The notes beneath the pieces are model-generated. The model searched no databases. It had not been told where the DNA came from and worked only from the letters and a program-made list of their open reading frames with translations. A DNA stretch of 33,177 nucleotides from a virus (Duplodnaviria > Caudoviricetes). Positions 14,696 through 25,116 of this stretch are shown one piece after another (position 1 is the first letter of the stretch; each line of letters starts with the position of its first letter). Location: the IMG/VR virus record IMGVR_UViG_3300020045_002555, positions 1-33,177 of that record; one strand, given 5' to 3'. Made by a program: the position numbers and the translations under genes.

Positions 14696-16404
14696 TGATT
14701 ACCCCTCACTACTACCAAGCCAATGCCAAACAAGCCATTTTTGATTATTTTGAGAATGGGGGTATCGGCAATCCATTAGTTTGTATGCCTACCGCTAGTG
14801 GAAAGTCGATTGTAATTGCCGATTTTCTACGTGAAGTATTCCGACAATTTCCAAACCAGCGGGTGATGATGCTTACGCACGTTTGGAAATTGATTTCGCA
14901 AAATGCCGAAAAGATGCGTATTTTTTGGCCCAATGCGCCCATCGGTATTCACAGTTCTGGATTAAAAGAGCGTGACGTGACGATGCCAATTATTTTTGGT
15001 GGCGTCCAATCAGTTGCCCCGACATTAGCTAAAAATCCATTAGCTTTCGGATGGCGTGATTTAATTTTGATTGACGAAGCGCATTTACTAGGCTCTGACG
15101 AAGATAGCCAATATCTTAAAGTAATTGCGGCCCTTACCAAAATAAATCCACATTTAAAAGTTATCGGCTTCACGGCTACACCATATCGCCTAAAGATGGG
15201 CCTCTTAACTGACGGCGGGTTATTTTCAGATATTGCATTTGATATGACTACCCATGAGTGGTTTCAGCGTTTAATTGGCGAAGGCTTCTTATCGCCATTA
15301 ATAGGTAAGCCAACAAACACGCAAATTGAAGGCATTGGAAACCTATCTGTAGTCGGTGGTGATTTCAACGCCAAACAATCTGAAGAATTAATTGATACTG
15401 AAAACATCACATACTCAGCCTGTCAAGAAATTTTGGAATACGGGGCTAACCGTAATAAATGCATGGTTTTTGCGGCTGGTGTGAATAATAGCGAACATAT
15501 TGCCGACTGCCTAACTTCAATGGGCGCAAGTGCTGCGGCTGTGCATTCAAAGCTAAAAAGTGATGAAGTGAAGGCCCGACTATCAGCCTTTGAGCGCGGC
15601 GAGATTTGGGCGCTTGTTGGGGCCAATATGTTCACCACTGGCTATGATGAACCGCGTATTGATTTGATTGCCGATTTGCAGCCCACATGTAGCCCCGGCA
15701 AGCACGTTCAAAAATTAGGCCGGGGTACACGGGTTCACCCATCCAAAAGCAATACTTTGATCTTAGATTTTGCTGGCAATATTGCTCGAAACGGCCCGAT
15801 TGATGACCCTGTGATGCCGCGTAAACCGGGTGTTAAAAGTGGCGAGCCCCCGCCCATCAAGTTCTGCGAAACAATCAAGCTTGAAGTGAATCAGAAGCGA
15901 TTTGAGGAAATGAATAGTTTGGGAAAGATAGACCTGAATGACCCCGAATTGACACAGGGTTGCGGGGCTTATAACCATGCTTCAGCGCGTTTTTGCTGCA
16001 ACTGTGGGGCTGCGTTCAGCTTCAGCACAAAGCTATTTGCCACGGCGCGCAACGATGCCCCCATGAAACAGGAAGAAACACCAATAATTGAATTGGTGAA
16101 GATCAAACCGCCAGTCTTTTATGCTAAGAATAACGGCAAAGACAAAGGTGGTGGCTTTATTTCACCCCCAACTGTCAGAGTAACGTACACTATCGGCCTG
16201 CGCCCAATTAACGTATTTTTATGTTTTGAGCATACCGGCAAAGCTAGACGGTTAGCACATGAATGGTGGCAACGTCATGCGTCAACTGAAGCACCGGCAA
16301 CAGTTGAAGAATTTTTAAGTCGAACCCACGAACTGCGAATTCCCAAAGAAGTTAGAATTCATGTTAATAAGCAGTACCCAACAATTGAAAGTTACGAGTT
16401 TTAA
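14695..16404 (+). CDS. SF2 DEAH helicase (RadD/YejH-like) with zinc ribbon
   Basis: PTASGKS, DEAH, TATP, TTGYD, QKLGRGTR. Confidence 0.92.
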   Translation: MITPHYYQANAKQAIFDYFENGGIGNPLVCMPTASGKSIVIADFLREVFRQFPNQRVMMLTHVWKLISQNAEKMRIFWPNAPIGIHSSGLKERDVTMPIIFGGVQSVAPTLAKNPLAFGWRDLILIDEAHLLGSDEDSQYLKVIAALTKINPHLKVIGFTATPYRLKMGLLTDGGLFSDIAFDMTTHEWFQRLIGEGFLSPLIGKPTNTQIEGIGNLSVVGGDFNAKQSEELIDTENITYSACQEILEYGANRNKCMVFAAGVNNSEHIADCLTSMGASAAAVHSKLKSDEVKARLSAFERGEIWALVGANMFTTGYDEPRIDLIADLQPTCSPGKHVQKLGRGTRVHPSKSNTLILDFAGNIARNGPIDDPVMPRKPGVKSGEPPPIKFCETIKLEVNQKRFEEMNSLGKIDLNDPELTQGCGAYNHASARFCCNCGAAFSFSTKLFATARNDAPMKQEETPIIELVKIKPPVFYAKNNGKDKGGGFISPPTVRVTYTIGLRPINVFLCFEHTGKARRLAHEWWQRHASTEAPATVEEFLSRTHELRIPKEVRIHVNKQYPTIESYEF

Positions 16405-16405
16405 C

Positions 16406-16615
16406 ATGGCAATTAAATACACAAAAGAAATTCAAGATGCTAGGCAAATAGTGTTTAAAGACCTTATCGAAAGTCAGACGTTTAAAAGTTGTATCAATTG
16501 CAGTCAGTTTCTTAATAATGGTAGCAATGAAATTTGCGATTTGAATAAACTTCGCCCACCTGCCAGAGTAATCGTTTACGGTTGCGAAATGCACGAATTT
16601 GATATTCCTTTTTAA
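16406..16615 (+). CDS. Small Cys4 protein (69 aa) ending in DIPF
   Basis: SCINC...C....RPPARVIVYGC; ATG 1 nt after helicase stop. Confidence 0.75.
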   Translation: MAIKYTKEIQDARQIVFKDLIESQTFKSCINCSQFLNNGSNEICDLNKLRPPARVIVYGCEMHEFDIPF

Positions 16616-16630
16616 CTTGGAGATAATGAA

Positions 16631-17041
16631 ATGACAAATGAAAAAGACTTCACAGATATTGAATTAGAAACCGTGGGTGTTACTGGAGAATTTCTATCTA
16701 AAGTTCCTGACCAATATCAAAGTGAAGCTAAAGCGGCTTTACATGCAGCTTGGAAACTTGGTAATTTTGATAAGAGTTCTGTTTCCGCTGATTCCGTAGT
16801 CGAAACAAACCGCCAATTGCTGCTAGATCGTTCTAATGTGGGCATCGGTAAGTATGGCACCACGTTGACGGAAAACAAAGGCAATTTGCGATATTGGCTG
16901 AAGCATGCGCTTGAAGAATGTTTAGATCAAGCCAATTATTTGCAACGTGCAATTATGGAATTGGACAAACAAAATGGCAATAGTTGCATCGATGAAGGTT
17001 GTCCTCATTTCAACACACCACACGGTCATATTGGAGATTGA
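16631..17041 (+). CDS. All-alpha NTP-pyrophosphatase-like phage protein
   Basis: RS.VG..KYGTTL...WL.HALEE.LD.ANYL..A; GGAG RBS. Confidence 0.65.
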   Translation: MTNEKDFTDIELETVGVTGEFLSKVPDQYQSEAKAALHAAWKLGNFDKSSVSADSVVETNRQLLLDRSNVGIGKYGTTLTENKGNLRYWLKHALEECLDQANYLQRAIMELDKQNGNSCIDEGCPHFNTPHGHIGD

Positions 17042-17045
17042 TTAA

Positions 17046-18062
17046 ATGGCAACCGCTAAACCTCGCGCCCGCAAACCCAAATCCGAACCCCAAGAACCTT
17101 CGGCACTTTTGTCAGCCCTGCACTTCATTGCTGTAGCTCAGAATTCCGAAGGTTTACCATATCAGACACATTGCCGAATTGCAAACGGTATTTTGAGCGC
17201 ATCGAATGGCGGTATGTCGGCTGGTATTAAAGTTGACGATAGCTTGCGAGTATGCCCACATACAGCAACCCTAATCAACGCTCTGTCAAAATGCACTGAG
17301 GCTATTTCCATAACCGAATTGGATTCGGGGCGCTTGTCTGTCAAGTCGGGTAAATTCCGTGCGCTTGTGCCGTGTGTGCCCTTTGACGACATTGTGCCGG
17401 TACAGCCTGACCCAGCTTGCGCCGAGGTCACAGACGCCGTTAAAACGGCCTTGCTGCACGTTTCCGGGGTACTCGATGACAAAGCTACAGAACCGCTTAC
17501 ATCGTGCGTCATGCTGCAAGCCTACAGCGCAGTGGCAACAAATCGTCATGTAATTCTGGAGGCGTGGCACGGCATCGACCTACCCCCAAATATTCAGATA
17601 CCCCGGTCGTCAGCTTTGGCAATTTGCAAGACTGATAAGCCGTTAAAGGCTTTCGGCTTTTCTGAAAATAGCGCGACGTTTTATTACGCTGACGATTCGT
17701 TTATCAAAACGCAATTGTTTAGCTGCACATACCCTGATTTGTCATCAATTTTGATTGCGGAATCTGACGCTAATGCTTGGCCGTTGCCAGTTGACTTTTT
17801 TGAAGCTATTGACAATATAGCTTCATTTAGCAATGACAATACCGTCTATTTTGGTAAAAATCTGGTCAAGTCACACGCTGACATTAATGAAGGCGCCACC
17901 TTTGAATTAGAAGGTTCGCCCGAGGGGATTATTTTTAATATAGGCTATTTGAAATTGATTAAAGCCCATGCTAAACGAATCCACTTTATGTATAACACTA
18001 AAGGTTTGGCGGTATTTTTTGGCGACGGTGTACGCGGTGGTATTATGAGTAAGTCAAAATGA
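17046..18062 (+). CDS. DNA sliding clamp (DnaN/beta-like)
   Basis: 338 aa; LSASNG, LSVKSGKFRA, VATNRH, YPD, FNI.YL; directly upstream of polymerase. Confidence 0.75.
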   Translation: MATAKPRARKPKSEPQEPSALLSALHFIAVAQNSEGLPYQTHCRIANGILSASNGGMSAGIKVDDSLRVCPHTATLINALSKCTEAISITELDSGRLSVKSGKFRALVPCVPFDDIVPVQPDPACAEVTDAVKTALLHVSGVLDDKATEPLTSCVMLQAYSAVATNRHVILEAWHGIDLPPNIQIPRSSALAICKTDKPLKAFGFSENSATFYYADDSFIKTQLFSCTYPDLSSILIAESDANAWPLPVDFFEAIDNIASFSNDNTVYFGKNLVKSHADINEGATFELEGSPEGIIFNIGYLKLIKAHAKRIHFMYNTKGLAVFFGDGVRGGIMSKSK

Positions 18063-20143
18063 GATTGAGAAAAGCCCCAAAGTTCTTTATTGACGAATGT
18101 GGCTCTGCTACTGTTAAAAAGGTCGTGCCAAAGATAAGCACAGTTCAAGTAGAGCGAGAGTTAATTCCAATTGCTTACTACGAAAACGATCTAGCGTTAT
18201 CAATGGATGGGGCTAGGGGCTATACAATGTTTTTCGATATTGAGTCCTATATCAATTATTTTTTGATTGGCTTCAAATGTTGGGAAACTGGCAAATACGT
18301 TATATTTGAGGATTCCCCGGATGCGACAATTGACCTAGACAAGCTGAATTGGCTTATTTGGAATTTTCGTCTCGTCGGATTTAATAGTGCTAAATATGAC
18401 ATTATTATGACCATGCTTGCATTGCGTGGTTACAAGGCCGAGCGATTGAAGCAATGCACACGCGCAATTATTCCAGCTAAAGACGAAGATCGTGTCGATA
18501 TTGTCCAATTACTGAATAATTTTAATTTGAAGATTCCTGCTGGGATTGACCATATCGACTTGATTAACGTGTGCCCACTTAAAGGTTCACTCAAGAAACG
18601 TGCCGCCCGGTTACACGCGAAACGGTTGCAGGAATTGCCATATCATTTTGACAAAGCGTTAACTAAGCTGGAATCAGAGCATGTTAGGAATTACTGCCTA
18701 GGTTCTGATATTGTGGCTACTGAGTTGATTTTTAACGAACTATCGGAGCAATTCAAACTTCGCTACGATCTAAGCAAAAAATATGGGGTAGATGTTCGCT
18801 CAAAATCGGATGCACAGATTGCGGAATCGGTGATTAAAGCCGAAATTAAGCGCAAGACGGGTAAGACTGTCAAACTCGCGGGTGTACAAGCTGGGGCTAA
18901 GTTTCAATATCAACCCCCTGAGTTCCTGAAGTTTGATTCTGTGGGCATGAATACCACATTCCAGACCATCGAAGATATGGTATTTGAAATCACTAGTGAA
19001 GGCAAACTATCAATGCCTGATAGTTTGCTTAATCTGGAAATGCAGATAGGTGATAACGTCTATAAGCTAGGTAAAGGCGGTTTACATTCTAAGGAAAAAT
19101 GCCGTAGCTACAAAGCAATTAACGGGATGAAACTTTATGACATTGATTATGAGTCATTCTATCCAAAGCTCATTATCAATTCTGGGTTATACCCTAAAGC
19201 CATTGGGCCTATTTTCCTTGAGATTTTTGAAGAGATTGTTAATAGGCGACTTGATGCCAAAGCTGGCGCAAAACGCATAAAAGAACAACTAAAAGAAATA
19301 CAGGATAAATTAAACGCTAAATATATTGGATTAAATCTTGAATTAGAAACATTCAGCGCCGAAGCTGATGGGTTAAAGATTACAATTAACGGTACATTTG
19401 GTAAGTTGGGTTCCAGATGGTCAATCATGTATGCGCCAGATTTGTTAATCCAAGTCACATTAACCGGACAGTTGTTATTATTAATGCTTATTGAACGAAT
19501 GGAGGCTGCGGGTTTACAAGTTGTCAGTGCTAATACCGATGGTATTGTTTTATATATTCACGAAAGTCAGCATGAACTGATGACCAAAATTAGAAATGAA
19601 GTTTCTAAAGAAGTTAGCATTAAGATGGAGGAAACTGAATACAAGGCTTTATACAGTGCCGACGTTAACAATTACATTGCCGTTAAAATGGATAATAAAT
19701 GTAAATTGAAAGGTCGATTCTCGAATCCTTGGAACGATAAAGATATGGCTATCTTTAGATTTCACAAAAACCCAATGCGTACTATTTGCATCGAGGCTAT
19801 TGAAAAAATGCTTACTGAAAATATCCCGGTAGAACAAACTATTCGAGAATGCACCGACTTGACAAAGTTTATCTGTGTGCGCGACGTTAAAGGGGGTGCC
19901 CACAAGAACGGGATATATCTAGGTAAAACCGTTCGCTGGTACTATTCAACTGAAGAAACCGGAACTATCAATTATGTTTTGACGGGCAACAATGTACCAG
20001 AAAGTGAAGGCGCTAGATATGCAATGGATTTACCGGAATTTATACCTGACGATTTAGATTATGGGGCTTACGTGGAAAAAGCCAATAACTTGCTAGAAGC
20101 TATTGGCTTTTATGAACGTCCGGTTACGTTGGGGTTATTTTAG
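18059..20143 (+). CDS. Family B DNA polymerase with 3'-5' exonuclease
   Basis: FDIE, GFNSAKYD, YC..D; DYESFYP, KITINGTFGK, NTDG. Confidence 0.93.
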   Translation: MRLRKAPKFFIDECGSATVKKVVPKISTVQVERELIPIAYYENDLALSMDGARGYTMFFDIESYINYFLIGFKCWETGKYVIFEDSPDATIDLDKLNWLIWNFRLVGFNSAKYDIIMTMLALRGYKAERLKQCTRAIIPAKDEDRVDIVQLLNNFNLKIPAGIDHIDLINVCPLKGSLKKRAARLHAKRLQELPYHFDKALTKLESEHVRNYCLGSDIVATELIFNELSEQFKLRYDLSKKYGVDVRSKSDAQIAESVIKAEIKRKTGKTVKLAGVQAGAKFQYQPPEFLKFDSVGMNTTFQTIEDMVFEITSEGKLSMPDSLLNLEMQIGDNVYKLGKGGLHSKEKCRSYKAINGMKLYDIDYESFYPKLIINSGLYPKAIGPIFLEIFEEIVNRRLDAKAGAKRIKEQLKEIQDKLNAKYIGLNLELETFSAEADGLKITINGTFGKLGSRWSIMYAPDLLIQVTLTGQLLLLMLIERMEAAGLQVVSANTDGIVLYIHESQHELMTKIRNEVSKEVSIKMEETEYKALYSADVNNYIAVKMDNKCKLKGRFSNPWNDKDMAIFRFHKNPMRTICIEAIEKMLTENIPVEQTIRECTDLTKFICVRDVKGGAHKNGIYLGKTVRWYYSTEETGTINYVLTGNNVPESEGARYAMDLPEFIPDDLDYGAYVEKANNLLEAIGFYERPVTLGLF

Positions 20144-20144
20144 T

Positions 20145-22247
20145 TTACGTCGAAATATATGATCCCGACACGTTGATCGTGAACGCCCCTGCGGGCATGT
20201 TGATAGCCGAACGGCCACCGACACCCGATTGAAACAAACGGACGCAACCGGCACCTGCAATCGTCACATACGGATGAAGCAGACCAACCTGACCACCAGT
20301 TGATGAAACTCCAGTAACAGACAACGCGACGGGCGTCTGCTCACCATTCCCAAGATCAACGCACGGATATGGCAGGCTGACCAATATCCCACCAGCGCCG
20401 GTATGACCTGCGCTCACGTTAACCTCGGCACGGAAGAATACGGTCTTTCCGGCGCGACGGAACCGCCCAACTCGCCCGCCCGTGTAAACCCCGGCTCCAG
20501 CAGTACCATCACCGGCCACGACCGGAGTGTACGCAGTGTCGAATGCGTCGGATTCTTCGGCCTTGAACGAGTTCGAGAACAAGGCAAAGTCGTTGTTCAA
20601 GAACTTGTTCGTCGCTGGCGTGAACGTGTGCCCCGCTTCTTTCTGAATTGCGACGGCGGTCTTGAATAGCGGTGATGCGACCCTCGTGTTTGTGATGCTC
20701 ACGTTCGATGATGTGCCAGCATAAAAATTGATGGCTACCGATGCCCCCGGAAGACCCGTTGCGCAATCGACGAAATCGCAATTGTCGATTTTCAGGTAAT
20801 CAACACTGAAAACCATTAAGCCGTTACCATCGGTTGACCCGCAACGGACAAGACGGGTCCCTGTCAGGTCGATGTCCCGGCAAGTATTTGCGGCGTCCGT
20901 GTAGCCGATCAGTGCTGCATTTGTGAAGTCCAAGAACGTGTTGTCAATGAGCTTGATACCCTTCGCACCTAAGATCGCAAATGGCCGTGATCCAGATTTT
21001 GCGGAATTACCCTGAACGATGACATCGTGTATAGCACTGCTCGCGGTTGGAGCCTGCATCCCGTTGAAATAGAAGAACGTACCTGTCGTTTCGCTCTTGT
21101 TGTTCAGCACCCGAATATTTTCAGGACGAGACACAACTGACGCGCTCACCGGAATGCAGATTGCACCGACGTTCCCGCCGATATTCTTGAATCGGCTGTT
21201 CCGAATTGTGACGTTCTTGATCTCAGCGGATGTGTCTGTGTCGTTCGGCTCAAGGTCAATCGCCCCCGGCATCGTGGGTGCAGTGCAGTTGGCGAACTCG
21301 CAGCCGTCAATGTCGATGCCGTCAATCGTAATGACACTGATGGCGTTGCGGTTGGCCTTGTTGATACCGTCAAACTTACATCGTTGAGCCTTGACGTTGC
21401 TGTTGTAGCGCACGACGCTTGGTGTGTTGGACGAGCCGAGGTAGATCGCGTCACCCCTGAACCCCTTGAACTCGACGTGTCGCAAAGTCACGTCCGACAC
21501 GCCGTTGAGATTTAGCAAATGTACGTGCTCAGAGAACCCGTCAGTATCACAAGTCCCGCGAAGCTGAAGGTTCGTCAGCTTCAGGTTTTTGATGTTGTTT
21601 GCAATCAGGTTTGAGCCGCTATCGCAGGTGAACGCGTACTGTGCGCCCGACTTTTGCCGGATGATTGTCACACCTTCGCCATCACCAAAAAACTCGGTGT
21701 CTGCCGGGAAGTTGGCTGATGAAATGTCGTATGTACCGGCAGGGACATAGACCCTGCGCGAGGCAGCGCTTGCCCGGTTGAACATGCCAGTGTGATCGGA
21801 TTCACCAGCAATGAAATACAGATTTACGTTTTTGAGTTCTGCCCGTAATGCAACCTCTACTGTAGTTGTATCTACTAGCGGAATATGATCGTAGTGAACT
21901 ACGTCGGCGTTCAATTCTGCAAAAGTTACACCCTGAACAACCCGAAACTTAGCAGTTTCAAAAGTACCTGATGTTGTAAATGGCAATTGACTTTGAATTG
22001 GCGCGTATGTAACATCACCATATTCAACTGTTTGATTTGGTGTTGTTAAACTAATTCCACTAGTGTATGCCACTGGAACCAAATACCCTGTTTGTGAATA
22101 AATATCAGAAACCAACTTTTTTACAGTTGGATATGTTGCACCCAAACGGGTTAGCACTTCCGCGTCAGCGGCTCCGTTTGTAAATAGGGCTAGGCTTTCA
22201 GCATCTAAAGATGCCGCGTCTAATTGTGCTTTGGTTATTGCAGTCAT
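20145..22247 (-). CDS. Tailspike / receptor-binding protein with right-handed beta-helix
   Basis: N-terminal anchor, DHT.MFN.A...VYVPAGTY.I, GD.IY, GAIDLEPN repeats. Confidence 0.85.
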   Translation of the reverse strand: MTAITKAQLDAASLDAESLALFTNGAADAEVLTRLGATYPTVKKLVSDIYSQTGYLVPVAYTSGISLTTPNQTVEYGDVTYAPIQSQLPFTTSGTFETAKFRVVQGVTFAELNADVVHYDHIPLVDTTTVEVALRAELKNVNLYFIAGESDHTGMFNRASAASRRVYVPAGTYDISSANFPADTEFFGDGEGVTIIRQKSGAQYAFTCDSGSNLIANNIKNLKLTNLQLRGTCDTDGFSEHVHLLNLNGVSDVTLRHVEFKGFRGDAIYLGSSNTPSVVRYNSNVKAQRCKFDGINKANRNAISVITIDGIDIDGCEFANCTAPTMPGAIDLEPNDTDTSAEIKNVTIRNSRFKNIGGNVGAICIPVSASVVSRPENIRVLNNKSETTGTFFYFNGMQAPTASSAIHDVIVQGNSAKSGSRPFAILGAKGIKLIDNTFLDFTNAALIGYTDAANTCRDIDLTGTRLVRCGSTDGNGLMVFSVDYLKIDNCDFVDCATGLPGASVAINFYAGTSSNVSITNTRVASPLFKTAVAIQKEAGHTFTPATNKFLNNDFALFSNSFKAEESDAFDTAYTPVVAGDGTAGAGVYTGGRVGRFRRAGKTVFFRAEVNVSAGHTGAGGILVSLPYPCVDLGNGEQTPVALSVTGVSSTGGQVGLLHPYVTIAGAGCVRLFQSGVGGRSAINMPAGAFTINVSGSYIST

Positions 22248-22251
22248 AATT

Positions 22252-25116
22252 TTAAATTAAGTTGTTGATGAAATCGGAATCATGTTCATAAAATCGAGCG
22301 TCGTAATTGCCAGCGCGAATTTTAGAAGTCATATTATCTTGCGGTGTTTTTTCTGACATTAAAAATGCAGTTTGCCGTGTGTCAGTATTGCCCACAAGTA
22401 TATAACCCGTTTGGGCAAAATGGGAAGGGTCTATTGATAATGGTAGTCGCGGAGCGCGAGATAAAAGAATGGTTTTCTTTGTTGGACCGGGTGTTACTGG
22501 TATAGATTCCACTGTTTTATCGGATAATTGCAAAAATATGCTGTAATTAATACCATTGGTAAATTCAGTATTTTGTGATGTATAAATTAACAGACCCTCT
22601 TGTTTAGTTATTTCACCATCTTGAGTATTCGGCCTAGTATTATCGGCAACTAATATACGATCTTTTTCTACCAGTAAATCGGCTTCTTGCGTTGCATCAA
22701 ATTCAACTTGAATATTCTGATAGCGCACTTTGTTATATTCGCGCCATGCATGAAAATGCGCTTGAATTGAATTGCGAATACCAATCGACTCAATTTTCTT
22801 AGGATTTACCGAACTTCTATTTGTGGGCAAGTATAGAGTCACCACCGCGTCATCATCAGGTGAAACATACTCAAATTCAACACCATCAAAATCGTTCACA
22901 TTGCCAAAAACAATACTTCTATTTTCAGAACCCGGTATTTTATTTCGATGATTAAACAGAATAACGCTATCGTCGGTTTCTTTTTCAAATGCCAATTTCA
23001 ATACGTTACCCATGCGATAGCCAGTGCAGAAAACGGCATTAGCTATAATTTGGAAAGTTTCTTCAAACGAAAGATTGTCTTTGTCAAATGTATAATTAAA
23101 TTCTGCCGAAATGTCGGTTCCAAAATAAGTCTCTACTTGATCTATTGTTGAATAAATACCGGCAATATCAATTTCATTAACAGACCTATTACCTATATAT
23201 TTGGCTAAAGTCACAAATGATAATATATCACTAGCTCTATTGGTTGAATGTAGTGTTGTACTGAAAGATGTACCACCTAACCATTGTGGCAATTGTCTTG
23301 TTACTAGGAAATTAGCTTTTCTTTCTTTAAGTGAAAGTGCGCCAGTTGTAGCGTAAGACTGCCCACGAATAACAGTAACGTCACCAAAATTATCGGTAGT
23401 TAGTGGGGATACCGCGTAAAGGTCGCGCCATTTAACTTCATCGACTACTGTACCGTTAAACGCCAAATCGGATGCTGTAGTTCTACGTGCCCTGACTTGA
23501 CAACGACCGCTAAAAGTTGTAGCCGCATCCAATGTAATCGCTCTAGTTTCTTTAGAAACTGAAGAACCGACTAATGATGTTGTAAATAATTCAGCCGCAC
23601 CAATTGGGGCGTTCAAATTATTTATTGGGGTTATTTCAATTTCAATACCAACTGTAGCTGAATATTGAACTTCTCCATTATCCTTATAAAGTCCATTCAC
23701 TGCTATAAAATTATTGAATGATCTAGTTCTATCAGTTGATTCCAAAATAAATGGCCCAACCCATTTATTAATACTGGTTATGATTGTTGGGGCTATAGGG
23801 CCGCTAGTACCACTTGGGAGGATACCCCAATCAGAATTTATTGATATTGGATCATCAAGTGTTATGATAGTTGTAGATACCGCAAGAACTGGATAAGTTC
23901 CATTCAAATTAAATAAAATGTCACCAGTTGCAATATCCATAGTTATTGCAATAAAAGCAGAATCACCATGCGTTGAATACTGGTTCCAATTTGCATTTAC
24001 TGTGCCCGGATTGTCTAATGTAACAACAATATACGGATTCGGCGGATCGTCTGGATTAGCTTCTGAAGTTACCGACAAAATCGTATAAATACCATCACAG
24101 TTATATGTATAAATAATAAACCCATCTGGATGATAAACTGGGAAATTGGCGTTTTTGAGTGTTATCTGAGCACCAGTTACAAAACCCGTTGGTGGGGTTG
24201 AACTTGAATGCACAAAAACAAATTCCTCGCTACCTCGTAAAAATGCAGATTTATTATATGAATATAAATCTAAGTATTTAATTGCGTTCGTAATAATCAG
24301 TTCATCACCAGCGGCAAAAACTGTAGTGAAATCCCTAGTTGATCCAGATATTAATTCAATTGTGTTTGGATCATTAAAATAAACATCATTTGCACCAATA
24401 AAATGATTTGAATTAGGCGGGCGTATCACTTGACCCGTTACTGAATTAGACCTGATAGCCGTATAAGATGGTTGAGTTATCGAGCCGCCAACTTGAAAAT
24501 AAGGTGTATCGGTATTTATATTTGCATTAGGCTTGTATGCTTGAATTGATGTACCCGGAATTTGACTAATTAACGTCTCACCGTCATAAGCATCGTGGAT
24601 TTCATATTGACCGACCCCAATACACATTTGAACATGCTCAACTTCTTGATTGCCGATAAATGTTGTATATGGTGGCGCAATTAAATCTGGTGTGCTGCGA
24701 ACTGTCCCAAAAATATCAGGAATGCGACCGTTAACCCGTGCCGAGTTAGTTCTAGTTGACAGTTCGTTATTTGGCGAAGTATTTTGAGTATTTCGCTCTG
24801 TTATCGAAGGGATTTTAGGGCGCAGCAATAATGCTACGACTACGACCGCAATTAGAACGCCGATCAAAATTGCAGCGGCCCCCGCTGGATACACCACACA
24901 ATAAAACGGCCCTTCTAATTCTCCGAGTTTGGAAATACCGGCATCATCATAAGGTGTTACATCATTAAGTTCCGAGATATTTTCGTGGTAAATTCTTCCA
25001 GTATCGGGCCATACGTCAAACCTACCTGTCAAAAATTCACGCACGTCTAAGACTTCCACGGTCTCCCATGTTTCAGGGTCTAACGTATTTTCAATTAATA
25101 CTACAGTTTTTAACAT
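22252..25116 (-). CDS. Tail tip / central tail hub protein (TipJ-like)
   Basis: SPNNELS.R.N.AR...RIPDIFG.VRS.PDL; position after NlpC gene. Confidence 0.85.
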   Translation of the reverse strand: MLKTVVLIENTLDPETWETVEVLDVREFLTGRFDVWPDTGRIYHENISELNDVTPYDDAGISKLGELEGPFYCVVYPAGAAAILIGVLIAVVVVALLLRPKIPSITERNTQNTSPNNELSTRTNSARVNGRIPDIFGTVRSTPDLIAPPYTTFIGNQEVEHVQMCIGVGQYEIHDAYDGETLISQIPGTSIQAYKPNANINTDTPYFQVGGSITQPSYTAIRSNSVTGQVIRPPNSNHFIGANDVYFNDPNTIELISGSTRDFTTVFAAGDELIITNAIKYLDLYSYNKSAFLRGSEEFVFVHSSSTPPTGFVTGAQITLKNANFPVYHPDGFIIYTYNCDGIYTILSVTSEANPDDPPNPYIVVTLDNPGTVNANWNQYSTHGDSAFIAITMDIATGDILFNLNGTYPVLAVSTTIITLDDPISINSDWGILPSGTSGPIAPTIITSINKWVGPFILESTDRTRSFNNFIAVNGLYKDNGEVQYSATVGIEIEITPINNLNAPIGAAELFTTSLVGSSVSKETRAITLDAATTFSGRCQVRARRTTASDLAFNGTVVDEVKWRDLYAVSPLTTDNFGDVTVIRGQSYATTGALSLKERKANFLVTRQLPQWLGGTSFSTTLHSTNRASDILSFVTLAKYIGNRSVNEIDIAGIYSTIDQVETYFGTDISAEFNYTFDKDNLSFEETFQIIANAVFCTGYRMGNVLKLAFEKETDDSVILFNHRNKIPGSENRSIVFGNVNDFDGVEFEYVSPDDDAVVTLYLPTNRSSVNPKKIESIGIRNSIQAHFHAWREYNKVRYQNIQVEFDATQEADLLVEKDRILVADNTRPNTQDGEITKQEGLLIYTSQNTEFTNGINYSIFLQLSDKTVESIPVTPGPTKKTILLSRAPRLPLSIDPSHFAQTGYILVGNTDTRQTAFLMSEKTPQDNMTSKIRAGNYDARFYEHDSDFINNLI

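Noticed and set aside
20145-25116. Diversity-generating retroelement or invertase-driven fibre switching
   Set aside because: No reverse transcriptase, template/variable repeat pair or site-specific recombinase seen
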